Of a stretch of DNA of 64,000 bases, positions 1-13,351 are shown piece by piece. The stretch is taken from contig WELA01002483.1 in assembly GCA_009602735.1 (NCBI GenBank), forward strand, positions 41,003 through 105,002, read 5' to 3'. Source of the DNA: Mesotaenium endlicherianum. Lineage: Eukaryota. Positions within the stretch are counted from its first letter, which is position 1; every line of letters starts with the position of its first letter. Made by a program: the position numbers and the translations under genes. The notes beneath the pieces were generated by a model. The model was not told the DNA's origin and made no database searches. It saw only the letters and a program-made list of their open reading frames with translations.

Positions 1-20
1 GGGGGGGGGTGCGTGTGCAG

Positions 21-1242
21 CTGCAAGGCGCGGGGCGTTGGACAGATGCAGCCACTCTGGCCGCATCCCACCTGTCGGGACCCCACCACACCAGGTGCTC
101 TCTCTCCCCTCAATGTCATGCACAGTGCTGTTGGATATCATTCAGTGCGTGGGCACCGGCAGTAGCAGACCAGCTGCTGCTGCATTGGATATTGACGCGG
201 ATGTGGCGCGCGTGCAGGGTCCTGGAACGCTGGGCTAGCCACTGCCTGCACACAGAGCACAACTTGTGGAAGTACGTATCCTGTTCTGTCCTCTCCTGTC
301 ATCGGCTCATTCTCTTGCTGCCTCATCCCCCTTGGATAACAGCAGAAGAGAGGCAGTGGGCGACGTCACCTGCATATCAGAACACGGGGCTGGTACCTTC
401 ATGTTCTCAGAGTTGAACAAGTGATGCGTGACTACGCGGGCGGTCACTCGTATCAAGTATCAGCATTCACTGTACACCAGATTGTTTGTAGCAGGTTTTG
501 GATCGGGTTGCAGTGAACATATCAAGCATTTACAACGCACACATCTTGTGGTATTGCTCATGGGCATGTGTGCCATTAATAAGCTTTAAAATTATGTGTC
601 TTCAGGTTTGCAGAAAAATGTGAAGGGGTGCATTTATCGATACTCATTGCCCTGGTATTGAGAAAGATATAATGATTTAAGTTTGAAGGATTCTTTGGTT
701 TTTGGTATGTTGAATGACTTCACGTGTTTGTCCAATTTGTGCACATCCAGCTTTTCTTGCTTATAATAGCTATGAGTATACTCGTGTGCCAATCTCAGTG
801 CTTGATACTCGTTTAGCGGCAGGATAGCTTGAAGTGATGATGTGTCTGATGCCCTTAGTCACCAATCCAATTTATTGTACTGTATTTGTACTTGGCATGT
901 CATGGCAGGGCCATGAAGTTGTATGTGGCGGCAGGATCCTTGGGGAAGGTTCTTGTGGCTCTCCGGAGTGCAAGACAACCCGACTCTGCAGCTATGTTCC
1001 TCCTTGCTTGCCACCAAGCCAACCAGTTGTCACGGAAAAAGGCGTCTTCCATTGGACCATCTGCTGACGCGCCATTTAAGAGCGATGAGACTGCCACACC
1101 AAGTGGACGTGCCCTTGCTGACCTAGACTTGCCATATGAGCTGCAAAATTTACCGGAAGAAGTTGTCGTCGTATGCGATTACATCACCCAGTACCAACAT
1201 TGGCTAGCGCATTTATGTGCTACATCACAAGTGACGACATAA
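21..1242 (+). CDS. WDR11: 3' end of WDR11-like WD40 protein gene (exons ~21-94, 218-271, 909-1242)
   Basis: The spliced peptide LQGAGRWTDAATLAASHLSG..RVLERWASHCLHTEHNLWKAMKLYVAAGSL..ALRSARQPDSAAMFLLAC..VCDYITQYQHWLAHLC matches the C-terminus of plant WDR11-type proteins as recalled. GT..AG introns 95-217 and 272-908 join in phase. Confidence 0.8.
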
Positions 1243-4200
1243 ACGTACCATTTACCGCTTCACGGGACAGCTGCCGGCTCTTGCCATTAATATTTCTCTT
1301 TGACTTGTCTTCGACACAAAAAGCTTCCACTATTTTTTGGCTACGTGGCTGAAGGAAAGAGCTTACAGGCTTGTGACTTGTTAGCATGTCTTCCCCAGTA
1401 GCTTTGGGCTCTTTCCTTTCCTTCTTCTTGTTCGTGATAAATTATTTTCTCACTCCTGTGACTAGTGAAAGTTCAACAGAACTATCTCTTTGAAAAAAGT
1501 TGGTACCTGAAAAAATTGAGTGTGTGTATGGTCGGCAAAAGGGCGTGAATAACGGTCTTGAAGGCCTACATTGGAGGAAGAGCAAAAGTAGAAGTGGCGA
1601 TACATCGCAGCACCGCCAACTCCGTAAGCAAAGTGAGACAACTTACAAGACCCTACCGACCTAGGTATGAAACCCAAATATGTGACAGTTGTGCGGCATG
1701 TACATGGTTATTTACGTCTGTGCTGCATACGAGCACGACATGTTGATCGGCGGACTTTCAGCTCCTTGGAGATGTTTGTTGACTTGATCCCATGTTAGAT
1801 TCGTGATCATCTGCAAACCATAACAAATGTAACCTTCATTCAAGAAGGCTAGGGACAACATAACTCTCAAAATATTCACAAATCGTACATTTCTTGTACA
1901 TGAGGCCATTCAATTGAGTCTTTTGAATGGATTTGATATTGTTTTGACGTATTTTCGGATGGTCGGGGTCTGATAAGCACTTACTTCTTAAGTAAACCCC
2001 ATGCACTTTTACGTGGTGCACGAGGTGATCAGATCCCAATCCATGATAGGTGATGAGTCACGACAAACAACAGTGACTGGATTGTTCGCATGGACTTTTA
2101 GATTTGGAGGCCCTTCGGCACATCTTATGAAAGTTGCCAATCGACGTTAATTGTTCTCATATCATATTTAAATGAAAGCTCAATTCACAACTTCAGCATG
2201 TCAATGATAAAAAATGCCACGTTTGTGCTTTACTATGTACCAAATCACGCGTACATACGTAAGGGAAAGAATCAGTTGAAGGGCACGTGTGGGTTAGCTA
2301 GGTAGCGTGTGAAATTTCTAAAAACTTGTCATCTTGTTTTTGTTGTTGTGAATATTTTTAACAAAGTTCTAAGTGGATCTGATGGGCTACATTGGCGACC
2401 GTGATTAATTTGGATACTCAAAGTTTATGTAGAAGACTGGCGTATATACGTCGTTTAGCACGCGTTCCACGGGTACTCTAAACTTGTTACACATTACTAC
2501 GCTAAGCACTGGGTAGCGACAACAATGCAAAAATACACCTCATTCTGATATTCTCAACGATCCATGAGAGATAAAAATGTATTGCGTTGTAGGGAGACTT
2601 GTCTTTGTGTGTCTCATAGCAGATATAAAGGTTTCATCTAAAATCTTGTATTTATTCAAGCTCAAAGTGTGCCCTTTATAATGATGGTGGTCACGAGATC
2701 AAATAAGCTTCGATGACTTTTTGCATTAGCATGTAACAGTTCACCAAATAAATGTTCTTCAATTATTCATTGATTCATACTACTCAGAACTCAACATTGT
2801 AATATACTGTATAAAATCCGTCCCAATCCTTTTGCAATAGCTAATGACTAGAGAGAACTAGCTATAAGACCAATCGATGGCCGGTTTCAATGCTAATTCT
2901 TCAACACTTACATCATACAAGTATAAAACGTGTTTTCTTAGAATTCAATTCAATCTCAGTTGTAGATATCTCTAACGGATCTATGGTCAAATGTGTAGCA
3001 ATGTGCTAAAGTGCCCCCAAGTTTGTTAAAATACGAACTTGGAATTCTTAGGCCCTCCCTAGTGAACAACTCCTCACATTCGCATCATGGTTATGGTTTG
3101 CCCCCACAAGCATGTCTAGTTCTCCATAATTAATCTTAAATTTCATAAAGTTCCAGCTTACAAGACTTTGAATCTACAGCAGCTATGTCGGGCTGGCTTG
3201 AGCCTTTCGCTCTTAGCGGCGCCTAACAGTTCTTCACCGTTGGCTAGGCTCACTCAATTCTTCACCAAGGGCTTTCTTGCTAAATCTGCTCTTGCTTTCA
3301 GCAATTCAACGATTGAGACTTCTGAGATCACTTAGAAATCAACACAGATCTCACCATTTTATGTTCTCTTTGCATGTTTGTGGTGATTGGTCCGAATTGC
3401 TATAGAATTTCCTAGCAAATTCTATCTGCAAACTCTATGCTTTCACATGGAATTCTCTTCTTGGAAACTCCTAGCTCCTAACTTTTCTTATGACACAAAG
3501 TGTGGGATAGAGGCAAAGATCTTCAGCGTTTTCAAAAGCGTGTTGCCTTGAATCCTCGGGGCCTTGTTAGCTCCTTTCTCCTTCTCCTTTGTGCTTTTCT
3601 TCCTTCTCCCTTCTTCTCCCTCTTGCCTTCAAATTTTCGCTCTTCTGGCACAGGTGTACAAGGAAAGACTGAGGACAGTGTGTGAGGCTTGTGCCTATCA
3701 CAGTCACCACGCATGCTTCTCTCTGTCTTGATTGCCGTGACTTGGTCACAAGTTAGCATGCATGCATAGCTCATTGTCGTCACTCTTGGAAACTTAACTT
3801 ATGTCACGTCACTTAGCATGCATGTAGGCCTCGTGACAATTGCCCGCACTCACCTCACCTTTCGGTTGGCTTGCACGCCTAGGTGGCCTTTGAGCTCTCC
3901 CGACGTGGCGGCCTTGTCGTGGCGACTCTGTCGAGGACCCATGGCTTAGTTAGCATGCCTTCTCAGTGTGGCCTGACTTGGCGATTGCTAAGATGGCTGC
4001 TTTGCTTTGTCAGCTTCCCTAGCTTGACAACTGCTGACCTGGGGGGCCATTTGCACTCCTAGTGGGGTCAGCCTTGCAGATGACTTAACTGTCAAAAGCG
4101 CACCCATCACTTGGTGTTGCAGTTGACCCGTCGCAGTTACACTCACGTTTGACTTGACTTAGACTTTCAACCTTGACTTGCATACATAAGCAATTTGATA

Positions 4201-4430
4201 GGCGAATCAATGTTGACTTTCCGTACCTGGGGCAGCCGTAATTTGTGCCGTGCGCGCTGCGCCGTCCAACTCGTAGCAGTCGCGACAAAGAGTCCAATTC
4301 AATATGTACGGAACATCAAAATAGTTACTCTTTCCGCATAAAGCAAAGTGCTGCTCTAACGAATCTTTTCGCCTTTTTGGTGAAGTCACAAACTTTTCAC
4401 ACGAGTGCTTTTCACGTGTGCTGTTCACAA

Positions 4431-4833
4431 CATGGGGTGCTAACTGTCGCAACAATCTCCAAAATATTGATTGTTTTCGCCAAACTTGCAAGTCGGTCCG
4501 CCGAAATCCTTGTCTCATTGATTTTATGTTAAATTCCGACGCAGGGTACTCCAGACGATTGAGTTTTTGCGCAATGGCACTTGACGAAGGCGCCAAAATT
4601 TGCAATTGATATATATAATATCCATCATATGTGGCCGGATATGTCGCAAGGAAACCTATTAAATTGATTCGTTTCGTAAATTATCTGGTCGTTTTGATAA
4701 AAGTCACCAACATATGTCAAGATTGATTTTTTTCGCACAAGAGCAAGAATTATTGAAAAAAATCGCAAACCAAAAACACTTTGATTGTTTTCGCCAAGAA
4801 GCCCCTTCAGATGAAAAGAGTTAGCACCCCATG
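4431..4833. mobile_element. hAT-type MITE
   Basis: TIRs CATGGGGTGCTAACT / AGTTAGCACCCCATG; 8-bp TSD gttcacaa (4423-4430) / gttcacga (4834-4841); no coding capacity. Confidence 0.75.
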
Positions 4834-5155
4834 GTTCACGAGGGTGCTTGAGCACACTTGAGCACGCTGGGTTGGTTGATACCAGTTGATACCGGTTAAT
4901 ACCTATTTTTGGTCCCAGAAGACTTTCAAAGAGCACACGCTTTGTTTGCTTGCTCGAGGGTGCTTTTAGGATGAGTTTTTAAACGCGTGCTGGAGCCTGC
5001 TTAACGCTACACGATCTCTACGCGATATCCTTTTAAATTTGCCTTATTGTTTGGCTAGGAAGCTCTGGACTGATCTGGACATGAATGCTGGAAGTCAGAT
5101 TCGGACTGGCCACTGATGATGGGCCCTGAGAATGATGTAAACCAATGTAAACGCG

Positions 5156-6098
5156 TTGACTTCATTTGGATATTTGACATTTGACCCGATTCTAAATCCG
5201 GACTCGAACTGACTCGAACGGTCTCCAGTGGCCTGTGGCCCTGTAGCCTGTGTACCTGCTGTGTCATGGGGTGCTAACTGGCTGCGACTTTTTTGATTTA
5301 TTGAAAGTTTTCGCAAGAATTGCAAGTCGGGCGCAAAGGATTCCGTTCCATTGATTGAATCGCAACCACTAGGGCTAAATTGGGCTGAATTAATCGAAAA
5401 GTTTTGAAATCATGCCGCAAGTGAAAAAGTGTCGCAATGAACGCCCGAATTTTGGAGGGAGTTATCACCCCATGTGCGTGTACACTTCCATGCAGCTTCT
5501 ATGCAGACAGTCCTGCATGAGCCCCATGTGGTCCCATGTGCACTCGGGAGTCGGGAGTCGGGACTCGGGAGTGCTCGGGAGTGCTCGGGAGTTGGTACTC
5601 AAATGCCTTGAAAGGCGGGATTGGATTGCAGCATTGACCAGACTGACGAGTCACCGTGACCAACGGTCCTCGAGCCAGCTCAAGGAGAGCAATTGGGTGC
5701 AACCAGGGTGCAACCCAGTGCAACCCAGTAAAGGATTGGAAAGTTGACTTGCAGGTACAAATACATTGCAATCTATGCGACGATTTCCTGGTTTCCTCAT
5801 CGAAGAAGTCAACTTGGCATGATTTGCATGTCCTTACAGCGATTGCAACGAAATTCCTGACTGATGAAGCCAGCTGCAAAACTGCAGCACATGTTCGTCG
5901 ATGGCACGACTCTCGAGTCTCGTGCACTTGGTGTTCAACTCTCGACTGCACTTGACCAAGGTTGTATTGCCGCCCATGGAAGTGCGCCCAAACCCGAAAC
6001 TCGAGTGGCCAAGACAAACTCTAGCCAACAACACATACTTCAGGAAAGCAGATGCTTCAAGAATCATGCAAGTCAAAGTCCGGGCATAGTGTGGTCAA
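5156..6098. promoter_or_regulatory. W-box (TTGACY) cluster upstream of the WRKY gene
   Basis: W-boxes at 5156, 5181, 5634, 5744, 5952 (+) and 5807, 6071, 6093 (-). Confidence 0.5.
5265..5474. mobile_element. Second, shorter MITE of the same family
   Basis: TIRs CATGGGGTGCTAACT / AGTTATCACCCCATG; shares subterminal sequence (gttttcgc..ttgcaagtcgg) with the 4431 copy; degenerate TSD tgctgtgt / tgcgtgta. Confidence 0.65.
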
Positions 6099-6474
6099 AA
6101 GCGCGGATTATTGTCATGAACAGTCGTGAATATTTTCAACTCGGTACTCTTGGTACCAAATGGACTGTATTGCTCCACAATTGCTCCACGTAGTATACTT
6201 GTCATGCTTGGTCTCGCCAAGTTCCTGCCATGCCCGTTGCGCAGTGACAATCAGTGACAATAGGCCAACAGCGTACCCGTTTCCGAAAGAGCTAGTATAA
6301 AGCACTTCGTTCAAACCAAGAAGGATATATTTATTAGCACTCCGAACTCCACGAAGATCGTCACTCAGGAGCAACTGGCCTATATTTCACTTCAGACGTT
6401 AATGCATTAAGTGAGATTTTCGAAAAACGATTGAACATTTCAACGCTTATCGGGCTTACTTAGCCAGGTCGAAG

Positions 6475-8034
6475 ATGGTGACGAGTAATTTACTTGCCGA
6501 CTCACTTTGGGATTATGACACCACTTCTACAATAAGTGTATTTGAGCTGGAAGATGTGACGGACTTGAATGAGCTCTTGTCCCTAAGTTCTTGCAGTGGC
6601 GAAAATGATATGGGCCAAAGCTCCAGTTTTACGGCCATGATGTCTGATGGGCGGGCCTCGGATTGCTCTGCGGGGTGTGTCTCCGAATGGAAGGCCCAGG
6701 AACTACAGCTCGAGGAAGCCGTGTCCAGTGGTCCCAAAACATCACACAGATGTCCAAGGAGTGATATTACGCACCAAGTAGTACATGACAGTCCAGGAGG
6801 TGCTTTTCCTACACTCCACCGAGTCAACTTATCAGAAGCTCCGGTTAATGCAACTATACCCGAGCGGCCAACTCTGGCAACCTCACTTGAAGTGTCTGTC
6901 CCTCAGCCTCAAGAAGTATCTGACCCTCTGGCAGACGGCTACAGCTGGCGAAAGTACGGGATGAAGACAGCTAAAGGCGCCCGCTACCCTCGAAGCTACT
7001 TCAAGTGCTCTCTGCAATTTTGCCCAGCATTGAAGACAGTTGAACGCTCAAAAGACGGAATTACAACACAGATCATCTACAAGCACGAACACAATCATGA
7101 GCAGCATCAGGGTGTGCGAAGATTGTGCATTAGAGAAACTGATGTACGTGGTCCATGCGGAAGTGAAGAGAGCTCAGACGATAATGGAGGACACCAGAAG
7201 AAGTCACGGCCCACTAGCTCTGCCAGCGAAGGAAATTGGCAGCGTGTGGCTACTGATGAAGTCGCCACCTTTAAACTTGAAACTCCCCACGGCGACATGA
7301 AGGCATTGGCTACGCTGGTGGAGGAGCAGACATCATCCACCCCTGCAGGCGACTTATTCAACTGTGTTAAGACTCACACTTCACGGCTTGGAAGACGGTC
7401 GCAGAGTCTGCCTTGCACAGGACACACGGATGGTCAAGCAGTTCTTGTAGAAAGTCCATCTCTGAGCCTGCCGACGTTCCAAGGAGAGGATGAGCTGAGC
7501 ACTATGTGGTTGCGCAAGAACCCCCCATTAAATGCGATTGCATTTTTGAGGCCCATGCAGACTGCCCAGCCTCCAGAAGTGTCAAGTGAAGATTTCCGGA
7601 ACTCTCCGGCTGACAGTCCACAGAAGAACAGAAAGAGGAAATCAGACAAAGTTGCAGTAGAAGAGACGCAGACAGCAGGAGTGCCTTCCCACAACAACGA
7701 GAACCCCGCGAGGGCCTCAGAGCTTTGGGATGAGCTCCCTGGGGATGGTTATAGATGGAAAAAGTACGGCCAGAAGCCAGTGAAGGGAAGTGAGCACCCG
7801 AGGAGCTACTTCAGATGCTCTCTCGTGGGGTGTCCGGCGCAGAAGAGGTTGCAGAGGTCCGACGCTGAGCCAGCGGTCTTACTCAGCACATACGTGGGAG
7901 AGCACAACCATAGCGCCCCATTTACAGTTAGCACTCTGGTCACAGGGTCTGCGGCAGGAGCGGCTAGCCAACCGCATGATTTTCAGTACTTATTCGAATC
8001 GTGGCCAGACGTGCTGAATTCGCTAGATTGCTAG
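6475..8034 (+). CDS. WRKY: Group I-type WRKY transcription factor, two WRKY domains, intronless
   Basis: 519-aa ORF with DGYSWRKYGMK..CSLQFC..HEHNH and DGYRWKKYGQK..CSLVGC..GEHNH (C2H2 fingers), and a basic NLS-like RKRK between the domains. Confidence 0.93.
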   Translation: MVTSNLLADSLWDYDTTSTISVFELEDVTDLNELLSLSSCSGENDMGQSSSFTAMMSDGRASDCSAGCVSEWKAQELQLEEAVSSGPKTSHRCPRSDITHQVVHDSPGGAFPTLHRVNLSEAPVNATIPERPTLATSLEVSVPQPQEVSDPLADGYSWRKYGMKTAKGARYPRSYFKCSLQFCPALKTVERSKDGITTQIIYKHEHNHEQHQGVRRLCIRETDVRGPCGSEESSDDNGGHQKKSRPTSSASEGNWQRVATDEVATFKLETPHGDMKALATLVEEQTSSTPAGDLFNCVKTHTSRLGRRSQSLPCTGHTDGQAVLVESPSLSLPTFQGEDELSTMWLRKNPPLNAIAFLRPMQTAQPPEVSSEDFRNSPADSPQKNRKRKSDKVAVEETQTAGVPSHNNENPARASELWDELPGDGYRWKKYGQKPVKGSEHPRSYFRCSLVGCPAQKRLQRSDAEPAVLLSTYVGEHNHSAPFTVSTLVTGSAAGAASQPHDFQYLFESWPDVLNSLDC

Positions 8035-8749
8035 ATATAACTCATACGTGCCTCTGTAAATAGTTTAAAATAATCATAGTTGGCTGGCAAGTCAAGCTTA
8101 CGTCCCCTATTCACAGTCAAGACGGGTGCTTTCAGCATGATTTAGATACAGTAGCTTAATGAATGTACTCCACCAGCAACAAAGGCGTTAGCACGCTTCT
8201 GACTACGCTCATTTGATACACAAGAACAGTGTTATATGTAATTTGTCCACGCTGCGGACCGATGTTTCCGACATTAAATTGAAATTGGCGATGTATTGAG
8301 TTAATGATTAATTTCTCCTCAGAGCACTTTCAGATGGTTGTGTTCACCGACAAATAGGTGCTCACAGGCCACACCATAAGTCTGGGATGCTAATTCCTGG
8401 GGTTATACACCCTCGATCATTACATCTTTCCGCAAGGGTCATTGCACCACGCTCCTTGTCTTACAATTCCATGTATCCTGTTTTTTTACAGCCCTCATGC
8501 TTAAATTACAACCTGTAATTACTTGTGCAATTTCATTTGCCACTTATCAATGCACTTCTGAAGTTACTGCATACACTCCATAAGAGATGGAAAGTGATGT
8601 TCATAAATTACAAGTCGGAAAAGGGAACAGGGACAATATCGAGCAAGGCACAGGTTTGAGAACTACCAACTTCACTATATGCCTGGCACAATGCCTGCGC
8701 AAGTGCATAAAGGAGATGTCTGCAACTATTTAGGTAGCGCTGGTTGTCC

Positions 8750-11700
8750 CTATTCTCTGGGTGACAGTTGGCGCCCTACAAGATCTGCTGGAGGGGGACT
8801 GCTTGCAGGCTCGTCAGGATGTAAGGGTAAGCCATCGAGCCCGAGCTGACCAGACATCTCTCGGCCCTCCCTGCCTAGGTGCTGCAGGGATCCAGCGGAG
8901 GGCCGTCTGGGCAGAGGAGGAAGCTCTACCAGTGCTGCACTTGACCTGCTAGTGGGTAGGTGGGCCCTAGCTGGCAGCCTGGGCGCAACATCAGGACCAC
9001 CAGAAGCTTGATCATGAAGTTGGCTCGACAGGCTGCGCTGCACAGGCAGGTTAACGGGAATGGCAGGCTGGCCAGACATGCGGTGGGGGCTGACAAGCTG
9101 CCCGGAGAAACTGCGGGGGCTCGGAATGCTGATAGAAGGTGGCGCCGTTGGGGTGGATGGGCCCGACACTCGCCCTTCCATCTGACTTGTGGGTGGCGTG
9201 GCAACAGTCAGCTGCTGCGGGTGGGCCCCGGGTGTGCGCGGTTGCCTGCTGCTGCTGCCGCTGCCGCCCTGCTGGGCATACACATCCAGCTGGTCAAATG
9301 AGCCAGGCCGGGGCAGCTGGCCGCCTGGCGACAGCTGTCCAGATCGGTTGCCTGGCCTCGGGTACTTGAGACTCTGTTGCCACGCCACACAGTCACCCCC
9401 TTCCAAGAACCAGTCAGTCATCAGTAGATGGTCAGTGGCATGCAGATGAGAGATGGAGTGCAACAGTGTCAGAGAGCCACTGTCAGCTCTAAGAAGCGTG
9501 TGTGGCTTCCGGCGAGCAATTCCTTTGTCACCAAGTTCAGTGGTGAAGCACACGCCCGTGCAAAGAAACACAGAAGCAGCAACCAGCTTGGACCCTTTAG
9601 GTTCTGGCCAATGAGGAATGACTGGGCAATGGAGAAGAGGCATGAAGGGGCAGCCCTGTTTTTCCGTGCTCAGCCAGATTAACACTACAACTCTTTCAGA
9701 TTGGAACCCTTCCCTTAGCCTGCCATGATGGAAAACCATGAAGCCCCAGCAGTCTTGCCCAACAAGGCATGGCTGGACAACTAGGCTAAGGCCGGAGGAG
9801 GAGAGGGAGGACAACCAACCCACCTTGGAGGCTTGGTATGCGTTGAGGGGCCCTGAAAAGTCCCCCCCGTAAAAGTCTGCTGGATCTACTCCAGCTGAGC
9901 CGGCTGGTGGCATTGTGTTGCTTCTGCCTCTCCGCAGCGGAGGTGGCGGGTATGGGTACCCTGCACACCCACACACAATTCCAGGCAAGCCCGTCAGGAG
10001 CAGTCCAAGCATCATCGAGCCTTTCCAAGCAGAAAGGCAGCTGGTTACTAGGGGCTCCCAGGTGTCCTGCTCAGCTTCCAGCCAAGGTGCTCACCGTTAG
10101 GCCCCAGCTGGCCGGAATTGGCGCGGGACGCGGAGCGGCTGCCCGTGGGACTGGGCGTGCCCATCATGTGCGGCGCGGTGTGGGGGTCGGATGGGCCCCC
10201 TTCCATGGCTGCAACATTGACAGTCAAAGATTGCGAGCGGCCTACTCGTCCCGGCCCCATCCCCATCCCCAACTCCCTGCTGTGCCGGGCCTGCCACCCC
10301 CCCAAGCACAAGAGAACGTCAGTAGTTGCACACGCGCGCTGCAATCTGGAGGTGGCATGCAGCCTGATCCCCTCCTTCACAGTTCGGACATGGGCGGGGG
10401 AGAAAGAGCAGCAAAACAGGGGTTGGGAATGCACGCTGGGGACAGAAGTGCGCATCGGCATGGTTTCTCGATTGTCAAAGGATTGACCACCAGGTGTATT
10501 GGACTCAGCCAGATACTTGCTCTGCCACCACCAGTACCTCGTAGGAGCTCCTTACGCTGACCAGCTGTTCCTCTGAATGAAATCCGCTTCCCAGGCTTGG
10601 AAGGAAGAGGGGAACCTAGGGTCGAATATTGAGGGGGCTTCCTTCAAATGCTCAAATGTTTCGAGTGCGCAGGGCTCGTTTATAGATCAGAACATCTTCC
10701 TCAGCCGAAGTTTCCCTGAAAAGAAGAGGGCACAGAGCGTGCAACAGTACCTGCAGAAAGTCTTGATGAAGAAGCCCGCTATGTGTCGGCCTCCCTGTGC
10801 ACGCACACACATACGAGAGACCACGTAAACTTACAGCATGCGCTAGGCAGCACACAGAGCTGCTCCTTGCGAGGGAGCGCATGAGATGGGAATAACGATG
10901 ATCGGGCACGAGGGTGACTTACTGGAATGTCCTCCCCCTGGAGGAGGGGGACCACCCATGGGGCCGGACAGAATCCCGGAGCTCATGCTCCTGGGCCCAA
11001 ACAGGCGGCCCGACACGAATCCAAGCAGGCCCGACCACCGCCCCGACTGCTGCCGACTAGCGTTCCGATCTTGCCGGGGAGTGCCCGCCCACACCACCTG
11101 CAGGCATACGCGCGTGCGGGCAAGACATCCATGAGAGGAGCAACAAGGAGCAACAATCCACCACTATGCGTGTGTGCTCGAGTGTGCCTCTTCCCCTTGG
11201 AGAGTAGGGCAGGAGGAAACAAGGTGAAGAACGCACTTTGACGGGGCCAGAGAGCGACCGCACGGGACGGTTGGAGCCGCCAGGGCCACCCCCTCCTGCA
11301 ACCGCCCCCCCAGGCCCCGCTGCCGCTGTCGCTGCTGCTGCAGCTGCTGCTTGTGAAAGGGGCCCCGAGTCCATCCTAGGACCACTGCACACATGCACAG
11401 GAGAACGAGGGGACACATTACTGCTGGGCTCTCGTCACCACCACCAGAGCTAACCGTCTGACAAGTACAGAGTGTAATAAGTTCCTGGGGGCTGTAGGTG
11501 TATCCACCTACCTGGTAAACATGACGGGGCCAGAAGCGGCCCTCTGGAGGAACCCGTTGGGCCTGTTGTTACCAGCCCCCTTCTGAGGGAAGCGCCCCGA
11601 GCTGTTGACATGCGTCAGCCCCCTGAGGTGGGGAGAGTCGGGAATAGCTGGAATGGAGACGCGTTCAGAATCGCCCTCTCGCTGGGAATTGGGATCCGGA

Positions 11701-13316
11701 TGATCCTGCTCGTACGTCTGCGCCTCCGCCACCAACTGCGATCCGCACAAACCCACCCTCAGGCGTTACGCTTGTCTCCCCTCCTCCACCCGCAGAAGAA
11801 ACAACAATGCTGCGGGCAGTACGTGGCCCCCACACCCTGCAGGCCTTACTGCCACAACCAAAACAATCCAGCCAGTGTAACAGATGACGCAGTTCCCTGC
11901 CGCAAAGTAGATGCTGCATCACTAACCCAGACAGGACGTGGGGTTGCTGCCTTCTGAGACATGATGATAAAGCACATATACAACAGCCCCAACAGCCACA
12001 ATGCTTTTTACCACGTCAAGCGCGTCAATGCTGCCATTGCGTAACACACGTCACTCACTCCTCGCAGTCAACCACAGGGAGAGAGACAACGTGCGGCAAA
12101 CCTGGGCGTAGTCGTCGTAGGGGTCGTAGTCGGCATCCAGTTCGTACTGCTCGTACTCTTCTTGCTCCGCCCTGCGATGAGCACCAGTGAGAGTGATGCC
12201 GACCAGGACAAGCCATGTAAGTCTCACCCACCCTTGCTATGACCTAACCTGGTATTTGTGAGGGTACTGAACTGACCACCATCAACAAACCACAACATCA
12301 AGAAACAACGAGTAAGAACGTTCAATGAGAAGCTTGGGCGGCAAAGTCCAAAACCCAGAGTCTTTATTACAAGGAGAGGCACTCCACATGCTTAGAGACA
12401 ATCAAATAGCACGTACATGTGCACACGCACACGAAGATAGTTATGCACGACGAAACATACCGGTAAGCAGCCCATTCAGCCTTCCTCCTCTCTGAAGCTG
12501 CACACACAGAGGTTGCCACCTGTATGAGGAAGAGCAGTGGAACTGCAGCACAACTTTGTAAACTACCAGACTTCATGGTGGTTATGCCTGACCTATACAG
12601 AGCACGTGCAGGGGAACCTGAAGAGGAGAGGGTGGTGGAGGTAGGTGGGAGCAGTGCCAATACATCAACAACATGACGGGACTGCGTGCCTGCTCTGACT
12701 CCCCCTAAACATGCTGCATTTATGATGCAGGGCGGCAGCAATCTGACAGCACACAGGCAGGCATGAGGCGAGTGATGCGCAGCGGCCCTTTGCAGGGCTC
12801 AACGAGTCCCCTTGACATCCATCCAGCCATGCCCCACCCGACTTCACCAGATTAATATGGAAGTCTTACCCCGGCGTAATAAGATGACGGCGCCGATGAG
12901 CACGGCACATCCCAGGAGGACAGCGAGGACGACCCACAGGACAACCGGCAGCCCCAGCACCTTCTTGGACTTGCCCTTGGGGGCTGTGTTGGTGGAGGGA
13001 GCAGGGGTCACGTCCACGTTGGACGCCGTGATCTGGCCAGAGGGCAGGGCCAGAAAGTATCCGCTGCTGGCAAACACCACCGTGGGGTTGGACCTGCCGG
13101 AGGAGACACGAGCACGCACACACAGACACACACGTGTGAGCGACCACTGAATGGATCGACAGATGCACACGCAAATATGCCAGCCCAAACTGAACATGGT
13201 GAAGTGGTGGAGGTGAAAGTCGGCCCATTGCACCCAAGCGTGCTCTGCCACCAGCTTATAGCCCAACAGAAAAGAGCAGGCTGTCAAGATTAACAGACCG
13301 TGCTATGTGTGTGTGT

Positions 13317-13351
<35 letters not shown>

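Noticed and set aside
2700..4100. Possible old TE remnant (purine-biased, stop-riddled stretch)
   Set aside because: No recognisable domain, termini or second copy in the window.
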